The notes under the pieces are model-generated. The model ran no database searches, was not told the origin of the DNA, and was given only the letters and a program-made list of their open reading frames with translations. The translations under genes were made by a program, and so were the position numbers. Of a DNA stretch of 64,000 nt, positions 62,905 to 64,000 are shown piece by piece (positions within the stretch are counted from its first letter, which is position 1; each line of letters starts with the position of its first letter). Source of the DNA: the human T2T-CHM13v2.0 reference genome, Homo sapiens; assembly GCF_009914755.1 (NCBI RefSeq), contig NC_060947.1; one strand, given 5' to 3'.

Positions 62905-63420
62905 AAGGGTTGGCGAAGCTGCTCCCATCCACGTACAGCTCTCGGTCTACTGATGTTTAAGGATGGTCTTGGAGGTTGGGCCCACTAGAATAAACTGAGT
63001 CTAATACCTCTACACAGTTATGTTTAACTGGGCTCTCTGATACCAGGAGTAAGGTGGCGGGGTTTAGAGTGTTGCAAACTTCAATTGTTATGTGGGGATT
63101 TTCACAGAGCAAGCTTTGGTATCTAGTTAGTCTAGCATTCATTAGCTAATGATGTCCTTTGGTATTTATTAAAGTCACCACAGCATGGGGGGACTTTATG
63201 TTTAGGTTTTGCCTAAGAGTTAGCTTATCTGCTTCTTGTGCTAACAGGGCTGTTGCTGCTAGGGCCCTTAGACATGCAGGCCAGCCTTTGGAAACCCCGT
63301 CTAGTTGTTTTGAGAGATAGGCCACTGGCCTTGGCCAGGGCCTTACAGTCTGGGTTAAAACTCTAACTGCCATGTTTTTCTTTTTCTGACACATAGGGTG
63401 TAAAGGGTTTTGTTAGGTCA
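62905..63420 (-). pseudogene. ERV pol remnant (RT connection/tether and RNase H N-terminus)
   Basis: ORFs 63146-63394 and 62957-63142 are in the same frame and separated by a single stop. The frame continues *TSVDRELYVDGSSF, the first catalytic-Asp motif of RNase H. Confidence 0.85.
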
Positions 63421-63469
63421 GGTAGCCCCAGGGCTGGGGCTGACGTGAGTTTTTCTTTTAACTCATGAA

Positions 63470-64000
63470 AAGCTTGCTGCTGTTGGTTGTAATAGATGTA
63501 GTTTACTAATCTACATTTTTATTAACTGTCATCTACCAAAATATTGACTCAAATCCTGTAACTATTTGATTTCAAGCTTTACATTGATCTGGTATTCCTC
63601 ATGGGACTCCAATTGCGTCTAAATGGACATGAGAGTTGAAAGACCTACAAGGGGCTTCTCTCGCTTTACAATGTCTTATTTTTTCTCCTGCTGGTTGATG
63701 AAATGCCAGGGTGAAAGGGATAGCCAATTGGACTAAAGTATAAGTGCCACTCCAGTTATTCGGCAGAGTGCCCAGTAAAGGTCCACCACAATACCACCAC
63801 ACATCCGCGTGAGGATGAACAAGGGCTGACTGATTGATAAGCTCTTGAAAATTCTTAAGCTCATCGCATCCCTTCAGGTCTCCAAGGAATGCTAAGTTTC
63901 CTCCCTGTCGTGAGAGACACGAAGTGAACTTAGTGTTGGGAGACGGAGGCTGGACAGCCCTCGGGGGCTGACCCGCAGGGTGCCGGACTTTGGGATATAG
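63470..64000 (-). pseudogene. Second env-like remnant (SU C-terminus to TM N-terminus), a different env type, upstream of pol
   Basis: Frame open from the window edge: ...VWWYCGGPLLGTLPNNWSGT..LVQLAIPF...RHCKAR/EAP...[44 protein letters not shown]. Confidence 0.7.

Larger units (their letters stand above)
61807..64000 (-). mobile_element. HERV-E/Harlequin-type internal proviral sequence, degraded, continuing beyond the window
   Basis: Pol fragments (RPVAYLSKQLD..GWPACLRALAA; NARLTRYQSLL; ELYVDGSS), HERV-E-like env N-terminus (MRKLIAGLIFLKIWT...), a second env-like fragment, and the PPT. Confidence 0.9.

Overview
Primate (almost certainly human) genomic DNA lying inside the MID1/TRIM18 gene, which is transcribed on the minus strand. 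The window holds one unambiguous coding exon, the first coding exon (44126-43411; ATG at 44070; RING, B-box1 and B-box2). About 43 kb of the downstream intron lies to its left and about 20 kb of 5'-UTR intron to its right. The right end carries a HERV-E/Harlequin-type provirus in the same orientation as MID1 (3' LTR plus degraded internal sequence, continuing off the window). The rest is ordinary intron: about 17 Alus, a 5'-truncated L1PA with a perfect TSD, a U6 retrocopy, MER/MST/MLT/L2/MIR relics and microsatellites. I see no evidence of a new multi-gene system. The most unusual observations are two 37-39 bp locally templated insertions inside Alus, an apparent G-to-A hypermutation signature and mosaic env-pol-env order in the provirus, and several unverified RNA-processing options around MID1 (uORF, intronic poly(A) site, possible coding circRNA, candidate micro-exon and poison exons). 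Repeat boundaries and subfamily calls were read by eye and are approximate.
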